Positions 1 through 11,056 of a DNA stretch of 64,000 bases are shown here, piece by piece. The DNA is from Mantamonas sphyraenae STR306. Lineage: Eukaryota; Protista; CRuMs. A model generated the notes under the pieces. The model searched no databases and was not told where the DNA came from. It saw only the letters and a list, made by a program, of their open reading frames with translations. The stretch spans positions 310,001-374,000 of the forward strand of contig JAPMXV010000049.1 of the NCBI GenBank assembly GCA_026936335.1. The letters run 5' to 3'. Each line of letters begins with the position of its first letter. Within the stretch, counting starts at the first letter, position 1. The position numbers and the translations under genes were made by a program.

Positions 1-1532
1 CTCATTCTACGCCCGCTTGACTGTGCGGCACTGGTTCCCGTGCCTCCAGACTCCTCTTTTCCTCCGTTCCCAGCGCCTGTGCTGTCGCTGCTGCTTGCCC
101 TCCGTGTGCCTCTACCTGTGGCCCCGTCTTCAACCTCCATCGCTTCCCCCGTTGCCTTTTCCACATCCTTCAGTGCCGCCTCCTCGTCCAGCTCCCCGCT
201 CATCAGCTGTTTGCTCACCTCGGCTGCAGCCGCTGCTGTCTTGGGCGTCGGCGGCATCACCCCCTGCAGCATGGCTTGCACCTGGTCGGCTGCCTGCTTT
301 TGCACATTTGCCACCTCGTCGTCGCTTAGCAGATTCAGTCGAATCACGGGCATCGTTCCGCCCTGCCCTGCCCCCGAGCCGCCCTCCTCCTCCTCCTCCA
401 TCTCCTCCTCCTCCTCCATCGACTGGTTCAGGTCTGTGCGTGGCTTGCGCTTGCGTCCACTTCGACGCACAGGCGCTCCGTCTGCATCATCGTCCTGCTC
501 GTCGTTCTTGGCCTCTGCCGCGCGCTTCTCCTCCTCCGCAACCGCCGCCACTGCTGCCGCCGCCACGTCCGCAGATGACGTCGCCGTGTTTGTCATCCCT
601 GCGCTTTCGCTTTGTCGTCGCTGGTACTCCGAGAACATTTGTTGGAAAAGCTGCACAGAAGGGCTCAGAAGCCCTGGCGACGGGATGGGCATGTTCAGAA
701 CGTTCTCGCCCCCGCTCCCCATGCCTGGCGTGGGCAGGTTCGTGTCCAAAGCCTCATCCATGGGCGGAAACGTAAACGAGATGCCACCCGTGGGTGTCTT
801 GGTCACCACGGGTGTCAGCGACTGGTTGTTCAACAACGCCAGGTTGATTTGCTGTTGCTGCTGTTGCCATTCCGACAGGGTTGTCGTGTCCACCGTCGAC
901 ATCTCATCTCGCTGTCGTTTCGCCTGGTTCCGCCTCAAATTGCTGTTCCAGTGGTTTTTGATCGCGTTGTCTGTGCGACCCGGAATCCGCTTCGCAATCG
1001 CCGACCATTTGTTTCCCAGCTCCCTGTGCGCCTCCACAAGCATCCTCTCCTCTTCTTCACTCCACGGACCCTTCTTAATGTCCGGGTTCAGCTGATTGTG
1101 CCACCTGTCCGTCCCGCACGCCCTCGTTTCCTTGCGTCAGCTCGTTGTTTTCCGACGTTTTCCCGCCCTGCGCTTCCCGCCCCCCTCATGTCACCAACCC
1201 ACCTTTCTCGACATTGTTTTCCGCCCCGGTTCACAAAGTGCTTTGAAATATACGTCCACTTCTTCGTCCCATGCATTTCTACCATCTCCCGCAGCTTGTC
1301 GTCCTCCTGCACAGGGTTATCTCGTACGTGTCAGTCTCTGCACTCCGACTTTGTCGCCTCCCGGTAACCGCCGCGAAACGGCCCTCTTTTCTTTTCCAAC
1401 CTCGCCTCCAGATTCCTCCGGTTGCTCCCTCCCTCCTCCTTCACACACTCACGCCCACCCGATCTGAACCCGCGCCCCTCTCCCACATACCTCTTTTGTC
1501 CAAGGTCTCTTTTTGCGCCCTCGGTGAGACAT
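1..1532 (-). CDS. R2R3-type MYB transcription factor; 3' end runs off the window. Exons 1532-1491, 1306-1203, 1104-<1
   Basis: Spliced translation [14 protein letters not shown]|[35 protein letters not shown]|[54 protein letters not shown] gives two canonical Myb repeats. GT-AG introns at 1307-1490 and 1105-1202. Confidence 0.92.
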
Positions 1533-1705
1533 GTCGTTTGGCTCGTCGTTTGGTGCCGCCTGCGCTGCGCGTCTCGGCCCACACAGCCAGTGAGTTTTGC
1601 CACCTTGCTGCCACCCGACCACGCACACAAACCACCCGACCCCGCGCCATACTCACCCTTGCCTCACATTCACCCATCCCTGCCAGATCGTCGCCTGTGC
1701 TTGCA

Positions 1706-4700
1706 ATGGAACTAAGCCGGGTAGCCTCGATCCGCTTGCCTCACGGCTTGCAGGACCAGGACATCAAGCACATGGTCTTCCATCCAAAGAGACCCGCTGT
1801 GTACATGGCTGTTGATTCCACTGTCATCGGTGCGTGCTCCCTTGCAGTTGCCCGTCCCTGTCCCGCCCGCCACCCCGCTCCCGTTCACAGGCCGACGCTG
1901 ACTCCCTCTGCCTTCTCCGCAGAGTTTGATCTTGCTTCCTCCTCCCGCATCTTTGAGTTCCCCCACGCAGATCTGGTCAGCCACGTCACCGTACTCAGCA
2001 CTCACGACGTCCTCGTCGCTGCCACCATCGTACGTCTTCTCGCTTCCCTGCTCCCGGTTCCCCAGCTGCCCCTCCCGCTGACTCGCTTCGCCGCTGCTTT
2101 CCTGCTTCCGCCCTGCCCTTGCCCACTGCCTTTTCAAACCCACCCGTTTCAGGACGGTAACTTTGCCGTCTGGGACCTCGACACCCATGAAATTATCAAC
2201 AACATCACAGCCAACTCCCGCAAGGAGCACAAACCGGTCGCCTGCCTGGTCGCCTCTCCGGTCAAGCCTGTTGTCTTTTACGCGCGTGTCGACGACAAGA
2301 CCATCCATGGCATGCATGTCCTCTCTCCGAACAAGGAACCTCTCGTGCTCGAAGGCTCTCGCAAACCCATTGTCCACCTCTGTGCACATCCGCGCAAACC
2401 CGTCGTCGTACGTTCTCCACCCACACTCGCATCTCACTCTCTCCTCCGACCGACTCACACCCTTGCCCCCAAACACACTCTCTGCTTTTCAGGCCTCTGC
2501 ATGCACAAACTCTGTCGTTCGGTTGTGGGACTTTCAGAGCGGCACCCTGCGCTACTTGATCGACGGTACGGTACTCTCTTCCCCCTCCCCACCTCCCGCG
2601 CACGCCGCCACGCGCACATACCCATCCCATCATTCCATCAACTCACCCCTCGTCTGCGATGTCCACAGCGTTTTTCGACCTCGACACCCTGTTTGATAAG
2701 AAACCGCGTCGGCTCGGTATCCACTTCCTCGCCTTTCACCCCACCAAGGAGCAACTCTTGGCAGGAGGCGAACGAGGGCGTCTCTCTGTCTGGGACACCT
2801 TTGGTGTCACAAGCGCCAAGCCGCTGGCTGTACGCCAGGCCTCCCTCAGTACCCTCCGCAAAATCGACCAAGGCCTGTTCCCTGCCATGGCCGCCGACAT
2901 GCGTGGAGGTGCGTTTATGAACGAAGGAGACGCCATCCTCGTCGTCAACGCTCTCGGTGACTTTCTCTCCCTCTGCGTTTCCGACGATCCCGTCCCCGCG
3001 CGCGACAGCACGTCGTCCGGTGCGAGCAGTAGTGGCAGCAGCTCAGGTGGCACCGCACCCTCCTACGACTCGCTCAACAAAGTCGCCAAAGCAGTCAGCG
3101 TCCATGCGTGTCATGACATCCACCACAGCGCCCACTTTATCTCGGACAACGTCCTCATCCACGAAGCCCGCGCCAATGGCCAGTTTCTCGTCGACCAAAT
3201 GATCCTCCATCCGGCATACGGCTGCTTTATGTTTAGTTTTCACGCAGCACACTCTCGCCCGCCCTACAACCACAAGGACAACGTGTCCCGTGTCCTGGCC
3301 CACAGCAGGCGCCTCTCGGCCACCGTCAATTCATACGACAGCAGCTCTGCCATGCTCACACATCAGCGCCTGCGGCCCAACCGTGGCTCCAGCGACTACC
3401 GCAAGGCCGTCGACTTTGTGTCTCCCACAAACTTGCGCGAGATCACCTGAATGACTTGTTTGACTCTGTGGAAACCTCCCACGGCGACCACCTGCCCGGC
3501 GAGGCCTTTGTTTCCCTCTATGTGGGGATCAATGGCTCCTTGCCCCAGACTGCGTTTCCTCTCCTGCATCCCATCGTGACCCCGACTGCGGCTCTGCTCG
3601 CACCGCCGGGCGAACTGGTCGACTACGCCAAGGACATCTTCTTCTTGGATCCGCGCGGCAAGGGCACCATCCAGCAGTACTCTTTGCTCAATGTCGAATC
3701 CTCGCAGCTGCTTGAACTGCCCACAGGCGACATTCCTGGCCATATCATGGTCGCCCACCGCTTTGTATATTCCAGCAACCAGAACGCCTGCGCCGTGTTT
3801 TATCAGGTGCGCCCGCGCGGCTCCGCTGCCGCTGCGGACGACTGCGAGTACCACTATCACATGTTCAACACTCTCGGCGAAGGAATCCTCAAGATTGACC
3901 TCGGCATGGACGGCACCTTTCTCGGAGACGGCGACAGCGCCATGCTCATCATCCACGCAGGCGGCCGCAGCGTCGCTCGCGTCGACGTGGCAGACGGCAC
4001 CGTGCTGAGTGAAACCAGCCTCGACGCAGCTCCGGCAACCACCTCGTCTGATTCCGAAAACCCAGAGTCGACCCAGGAGGGGCAATCCACAGCTGCAGAA
4101 ACAGCCTCCAAGGATTTCCAGCTTGCGCGCGTGTTTGCCACTCCGTTCCCAAATGCCATCATGTACCTGTGCACAGACAACCGGTTGATGTTCAGCAAGG
4201 CGCGCTCGTTTGCCGGCGTTGAGCATCCGGACTTGCCAGACGTAGACGGTCCGGTGCTGGCTCTCGAGGCTGGCGATCACGTGCTCCAGGTCGTCTGGCA
4301 GGAGCACAGCAACGTCAGCGACAGTTTGTGTGCAGTGGTGACCACCAACCATGCCATGATCCTGGACGCAGAACTACGTGTGCTCTGCACTGCGTCTGCG
4401 CCGCGCATGGGCTCTTCCGAGGTCAGCGTCACCCTGGAAGGAATGGGTGAGGTGCAAGCCACCAAGCCCCACTTCCATTCAGCCCTGTGGATGGGCCCCT
4501 GCCTCCTCATCAACACCGCGCAGCACATTCTGTACATGACTCTTGCAGGCGATCTCCACGCTCTGTGTTCTCTCGACGTCAACAACGCCGTCCTCGCCGC
4601 CGTACTCAATGACCGCATCCTGTACGCGTGCTCGGATCTCACCGGAGGCGTTGTGGTGCGTTCCAACGCAGTGGGTCTGCTCGAACCGCTGATTCTGGGC

Positions 4701-7700
4701 TTGGCCGCGCTGCCAGAAGGACGTGCTCTCGAGGCAGACGAGCTCACGCAGCAGCTGCACGACCTCATTGCACAGTACGATGCGCTGCGTGTAACCCCCT
4801 CCCTCCTCACAAGCCTCATTGGGATGGGTCACCCAGACCTTGCGGCCACGGTTGTGCGCCAGATGCCACACATCCGACGCGAGCACGCAAATCTCTTGTT
4901 CGAGCTCGCCCTGCAAGCGCACGACTTTAAGGGCGCCCTCGACTTGTTGCTGGACATGCATCGCGAGAGTGGTGCGTTTGAGAATGCGCGTGTGGACCCA
5001 GAGTCGGAACTGCACCCTCTGTTTTGCATGCTGGCTGACGTGGCTGTGGAGTACGGCCAATGGGACGTAGCTCGCAAGACGTTGGCCAAGATGAATTGTG
5101 TGTGGCCAGTGGTGGATCTGTTTGCGTTCAGCAGCAAGAAGCACGGCATCCGTTCAGTCATCGCAGCCATGGACGAGCTGAGTCTGCCCGAGGCTGCACG
5201 CGACGCACTGGGCTTGTTCTCGGATACAGAAGCTCCGGTGCAGCAGGTGAGCTCGCTCGACCAGCTGCGTTCCAGCATGAGCAAGCTGGCAAGTACGTCT
5301 GCAAGCTCAGCCAAGGGATGCGCAGATCTCGCCGTGGTGCTCATGCACAAGGACGCAGAACTGCTGCATCAGATGTATAGCGTGCTGCAAAGCGATGGTG
5401 CAGACACACGTGACTTTGTGCGTTGCTTGGTTGCTGTTCTACACGCAGGGCGTGAGGCCCAGGAGGTGGCCGGCACGCTCATGGCCACTGAGGTGACAAC
5501 CAGCGAGTCATACCGCGAGTGGATGCAACCCGGCTCATCTTTGGCCTGGTCGTTTGTCCACGAGCTGCTTGTGTTGGAAGGCCGAGCGTACGCCGAGGCT
5601 GTGTTGACGGATGTGCTGCGCGACGTCGCCAACACGGCGCCAGAGCGCATGGAAATCAACAGGCGGCTGTTGGGTCAGAATGACGATCCACAAGCCAACC
5701 TGGCTCTGTTTTGTACGAAGCTGCGTGCCATCCAGGAGGCCATCACCTCGTCCACTGAGGCTGCACCCACCGTGTTCCGCGTCCTGGCCGGCTTGGCCAT
5801 GAGTGAGGTTGGACAGAAGTATCACGATGACACGTACGACGCCGTGGGTCAAACGCTGGTGCACACCTTCTGGGCGCCCCTGGTGTCGCGTCCGCAGGCG
5901 TTCTTCTGGTTCGACGGCACAAAGGAGGCCGCGCCATCATTGCACCACCAACGCATCTTTGAGTATCTAGGCATGGCATTGGTCACCTTTCCACCTTTGA
6001 CGCCTTCTATGAGCTGCCCATGGCCGAGTTGAACGACTTTCTGGGCAGTCGGTCTGACGCGATGCGCGGATTCTACGATCGCTTTGCCCTCGACGCCATG
6101 AACGCACCGACGGTGGACAAAGACGCAGAGGCGACGGAACAGGCGTTGGGCAGCCAGAGCAGTGAAGTGGATGCCCTACTGGTGTACCTGCAACGTGGCT
6201 TGCAGATGCTGAGCATGGCAGAGCGGCAGGAAATGCAGGTGGCAGAGGAGCGGTGGATGGACATGCGCACGTGGGATCACCTGCAGGTGAGCGAGGAGGA
6301 AAAACCAAAAGAGACAGAGGTGGCGCTGGCAAACCTGAGTGTGGAGTCGCAGGCAGTCTCTGGCGCGTGGGAGCTGCGTGTGGACAACACAGCTGTGGAC
6401 ATGCGCGTGGAAACAGAAGGCATGGACAGGCTGGCGCCACACAAGCTGGACATCCTGGCCGAGTGGCTGGCGTGTCTGAACGACAAGCCAGTCACGCAGG
6501 ATGACGCCATCAATGATAGCAACAGCGATCTGGACAGCGCAAGTGCGTTTGGCGACGAGGAGGACATGGCCTTCAACAGCGAGGCCACGTTTGACGACGA
6601 CGACAGCATGAGTGTGTCATCGCGCTCGTCACGTTCCTCGCGCTCGTCGCGGCTGAGCGGGTTCAGCTCAACCAGCGGACGCCGCGGAAACATGTCGCTT
6701 GAGACACCGGACACGTCGGATGCACAGAGTGTGAGCAGTCAGATGAGCACAGACACCATGGAGAGTGACGGAGATGGTCGGACGTGGGGCAGGGTCAAGG
6801 TGCGCAAGAAGAAGGATCGCAAGGGATCCAACGACATGGTCATCAACATCGGTAACTTGACAACACCGACGACGACAGGATCAGCACGAGGTGGACGCGG
6901 AATGCGATCACGTCACGGCTCGTCTGATCTGGCCAATTTCTCGTTGACCGTGCCTTCCGGAGATGCCGAGAAGGCTGAAGCCAGCAGCGACGCAGCAGAC
7001 AAAGCAGACAGGGAAGTTGAAGTCAGCAACGACAAGACGGGCAGCGAAGAGACAAGCGAAGGGCAGGCGAGCACACACAGAGAGAGCGGAGGTGGAAAGG
7101 GCAAGGACAGCATGAGCACGTCGCCCCTTGCACGAGAGTCGCTCAAGGCAAACGAAGCGAGCGAACGCGCACAGGAGCTGGTGAGCAACGGGTGGACACA
7201 GGTGGCCACGGAAGCTCTGACGGCAGCTGTGAGCAAGATGGAAAAGGGCAAGTTTGAGCCTGCGTTGGAAGACCTGGAGCTTGCCATTGCACTGTTTGGG
7301 CAGCAAGGAGGCAGCAAGATGCAACAGCGACTGAAGTACTGCACTCTGTACCGGGCGGCGATCCAGGTGTTGCACGAGTTGAAAGAAGGGGACACTCGCA
7401 TCGGAGCACTGAAGAAGGAGGCGAGCGAGGCGGATGAAGAAACGGCAAAGGCGAAGCGGAAGGAGGTTGTGCAGGAGCAGGCACGGCTGGCGGTGGCAGC
7501 AAAGTTTATGAGCGACCTGGGTCTGAAAAGCAAACACCGCGCGGTGTGCTTCAACACAGGCATCTCGCGCAACTTGCAGGCAGGCAACTACGGCGTGGCG
7601 GCACGTATGCTGGAGGTGCTGATGGCTCACGCAAAGGACAAGAAGAAGGAGGAACTGCAGAAGAAACTGGAGGCCTGCGAGAAGCGTGGGTTCCGTGACC

Positions 7701-7939
7701 ACACCTGGCCACGATACGAGTGCCCACAGTGTTCGACGGCTCTGTCTGGTGGAGTGCACAAGTGCCCCTCGTGTGGACTGTCGGTCAAGTACTGCCACGC
7801 CAAGTTTACTCTGCTGCGCGACGACGCTCTGGTGAGTTGCGCCATGTGCGAGGCAACGTACGACATGGCCAACGCCAACGCAGACAAGCCATGCCCCAGT
7901 TGCCTGATTGGCCAATTGAGTCTGTCGCCAAATTCGTGA
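1706..7939 (+). CDS. TTRAY1: TSET/TPLATE-complex protocoatomer subunit TTRAY1 (TWD40-1-like): WD40 propellers, solenoid, alpha-COP-like Cys-rich C-terminus, with an inserted RasGAP-like domain
   Basis: Introns 1830-1922, 2030-2152, 2408-2492 and 2566-2668 join WD repeats (FHP..P, AVWD, VRLWD, LSVWD). The motifs SALWMGPCLL, GLLEPLILG, YDALRVTP, NYGVAARMLEVLM...KKEELQKKLEACEKRG and the CxxC pairs match what I recall of plant TWD40-1. Frame breaks near 3425 and 5990 must be bridged. Confidence 0.78.
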
Positions 7940-8014
7940 TGGGAGGCGTCAGCACAGTGTGGACGAAGCGAACAGACTGAACAAAGGCGTTTTTTGTGTC
8001 CAGGTTTCATTTCT

Positions 8015-9760
8015 TCATTTCTTCACGCACGGACACAGGCGCTGGGTGACGGGATGTGAGCCTGCACAAGTGGGGGGCAGCTCAGATATGAGACAGTTGC
8101 CAAAGTTGCTGTCGTTTGGCAGAGAGACGTAGTTGGGAATGTCGGCGCCGGTTTCGATGCCACAGCGCTGGCATGGGAAGTGCTTGTCGAGCACATTGCA
8201 GCTGTTGATAAAAGCAAATTGGTCGGGAGCACAGGTCATGCCAGCCTTTTCGCAGGTGGTGATGCAGTCAAGGTTGCGCTGGACTGCAGGGATCACCTTG
8301 AGACCTGGGAGAGGGCGGATGCGCAGTCGTTTGGGCAGGTATGGACATTGGCGCTGATCAGCAAGAAGAAAAGTGGTGCCTTCGACAGTGAGGATGGTGA
8401 GATGGCGATGGTGCGCACGCGGGGTTTCCCAAATGCGAAAGATGCCCGCAAGGCGGCGAAAGTCTTCAACCACAAAGGGCACCAGGTGGACCTTGCCGTC
8501 TGCGGGCAGATTCGTCGGCCCCAAGTGTTTGACCTTGAGCGCAGGCATGACTTGTGCAGAGAGGACGAGCTGACGCATGGAGGCAGCGTATGCGTCTTGG
8601 AGGAGATGGTCGAGGTCGTTGAAGCGCACAGGCTCTGTGTTGAGCTTGATGTGCAAGAGGAAGCGAGCATACTGGCCACTGTTCATGTTTGCCCCCTCTT
8701 CGCCGATGTTGTAATTGCGGGAGACGTGTGGCACGACACATTCGCGGTCCTTGTTGATGGCAGGCGAGCGCAGCCAGTGATCCCAGTGGTCGAGCGGCCA
8801 TTGGGGCTCCAGCTCCTGCCACAGGGCTCGAGACATCATCCACCCAAGGCCAGGGAAGTAGGAGGTGCGAAACAGTTTGCGGTTGTCCAGGTCAAAGTAT
8901 TCAAAGCCGTTGTCGTTCCAGGAGCTGATGCAGAGCAGCGACGGATCACGCTCCAGCAGGCTCCAGGTCTGCTCAAAGTACGTGACAAAGTCGGGAGCAA
9001 AGATCATGTCGTCCTCGAGAATAATGAGATAAGTTAAGTTGTAGGTGGTAAAGGCGCGGTGGAGGGCGTAGCGGTAATGCTGGGCCAGCCAGGCGCTTCC
9101 GGGCTGGCCCGCATGCTTCAGCGGCTGCCGGTCATAGTTCCAGTGCTCCACGTACTGTTGACCCGGCGTGTGAGACACGTACTGACGAGCCATGTCTGTG
9201 GTGGCCGCATCGTAGCCGTCTTGGCTGATCAGCAGCGGATATTCGCTCGCACCGGGGACCTGGGGTGGTTTGGCAGCGTGTGTCAGAGGGGACACACAGG
9301 CAGACACACACACACACAGGCAGGCAGACACACACACAAAGAAGAATAGGGAAATGAAGTGTTCACCCCAGCCTACCTCTTTGAACGACTTGATGGTGGT
9401 CTCGAGGAGAGCGGGTCTATTGTAGCAGAGGATGATAAAGGCGGCGTTGGGGATTCGGGAGCTTGTGTGCTGTGCGGCAGGGAGCGTCAAAGCGCCGTGT
9501 GTGTGTGTCAGAGAAGAAGACCAATCACACGCAGGAGGGTGGGCAGGTCAACACACATAGGAGGACTCATTTCCGCGATGGATGGACTGTTCGACCTGTT
9601 GCTGCAGAGGATGGATGGTGCCTTGTCGCCAAGGCTCGTGGGCGTGACCCTCGGGGAAGCCCCTGCGGCTGCCAAGTCCTTGGGCACGGTCATACCAGTG
9701 GTAGAGTACCACCGAGTAGAATCCGATGGCCAGACCAAAGAGCAGCCACCAACGTCGCAT
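8015..9760 (-). CDS. GT13 family (GnT-I/MGAT1/POMGNT1-like) N-acetylglucosaminyltransferase, type II membrane protein with a Cys-rich C-terminal domain
   Basis: N-terminal TM segment (MRRWWLLFGLAIGFYSVVLY). GT13 motifs ILCYNRP, ISQDG, IILEDD, CISSWNDNG, FPGLGWM and WDHWLR. Introns 9470-9556 and 9260-9376. Confidence 0.88.
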
Positions 9761-9834
9761 GCGTGGCTGCCTTGGAACGGGAAAGGACTTGGCGGCGCTG
9801 TGGCAAACACACAAAACCAATCCCGACGGCAACC

Positions 9835-10688
9835 ATGGAGGGCATCGACGAATTCTTTTCCAAGAATGGGGGCATGGCGCTGATCAACTACCGCTTTGGG
9901 TATGCGCTCTTTATGCTGGTAGGTTTGTACGAGGGACAAGAGAGCGTGAAAGACGTGACGGGAGCAGAAAGAACGCCAAACCCCGTTTTCTGTGCCGATG
10001 CACACCGCTCCAGCTGCACAGCAGTGGACCTGGTCCAATCCGACAGCGAGACGGGTGCAATGGCAGCCCCCGGTGACCAGTGCGGCCGGCGGTGTGTGGT
10101 GTTGATGGCTCTAGGTGCCGAGCGTGTGTTGGGAAAAAGGGCCTTTGGTGCGCATCCCCTCCGCTCGCAAAGCAGCTGCTTTCTTGGCAATTGTGAACCC
10201 GCTTCACGACGCGACGCCTCTGCGCTCACGGACACAGCATCAGCTGACACGTGCATGTACGTGCGCCCTCGTGTGTTCCACAGGTGTACTGGTTCATCAC
10301 ATGGACGGTGGCAGCGTCGATCCTGGCCGAAAGCGTGGCTTCGCCGCTGTGGACACCTGAACTGCAGGGAATCTTCAAGGCAGACCTGGCCGCCACGCCC
10401 ACAGGCCCCATGGTGGCCATCCTGGCTTTCCTCATCCTTGGCTACGTGACCATTCGCCGTCGCCATGGTCGCAACGACCGCCGCAGCTTCCTCAACGCCG
10501 CGTACACCTTTGGCGTCATCCAACTCTTCCTGTCTGTTGTGCTCACCATCCAAACCGGTGGCTACGGCTTCTGGTGGGTGTTTCCCTTTGAGTTGTTTGC
10601 CCTGGTCTTTGATGGGTACTTTGTCCACCGCGTGAGGAAGTGGCGCATTGCGCAGGACCAAGACTACGGCCTCCTGCGTGACGAATAA
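9835..10688 (+). CDS. Hypothetical multi-pass membrane protein; exon structure between about 10020 and 10285 is uncertain
   Basis: ATG at 9835, donor GTAGGT at 9919, last exon after CCACAG (~10283) encoding 4 hydrophobic helices and ending DYGLLRDE*. No family recognised. Confidence 0.55.
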
Positions 10689-10770
10689 GCCGATATACAG
10701 CCACACAAGTTACTCCACATTGTCTGTCATGTCGGTTTCATTGCGGTTGAGGTACACAATTGAGGTGAGC

Positions 10771-11015
10771 TCATGACCAAGCCAGGTCCCCAAAGGCGTT
10801 TTGCGGCACGCTGCGCTTTTGCTTCTGTTGCGCTTGCTGTGCCTGCTCTTGCCGCACCTGCGCCTGTTCCATCTGCCCAAATGCTTCGTAGTTGCTTCCT
10901 GATCGCATGCGGCCTTGCTGCTGCTGCGTCGATGCCAGGAACGGGTTGTTCGGAGACGGCGACGACAACGACGAGTTGCCAAATGATGAGCCACTCGGCT
11001 GCATGGGGCTGAGCA

Positions 11016-11056
<41 letters not shown>

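Noticed and set aside
17-1095. Long plus-strand ORFs (17-775, 40-1095)
   Set aside because: Antisense shadows of the MYB gene; low complexity with no motifs.
3410-3455. Tiny (22-33 nt) intron to repair the TTRAY1 frame break
   Set aside because: The candidate GT-AG pairs I tested do not restore the frame, and other introns here are longer than 70 nt.
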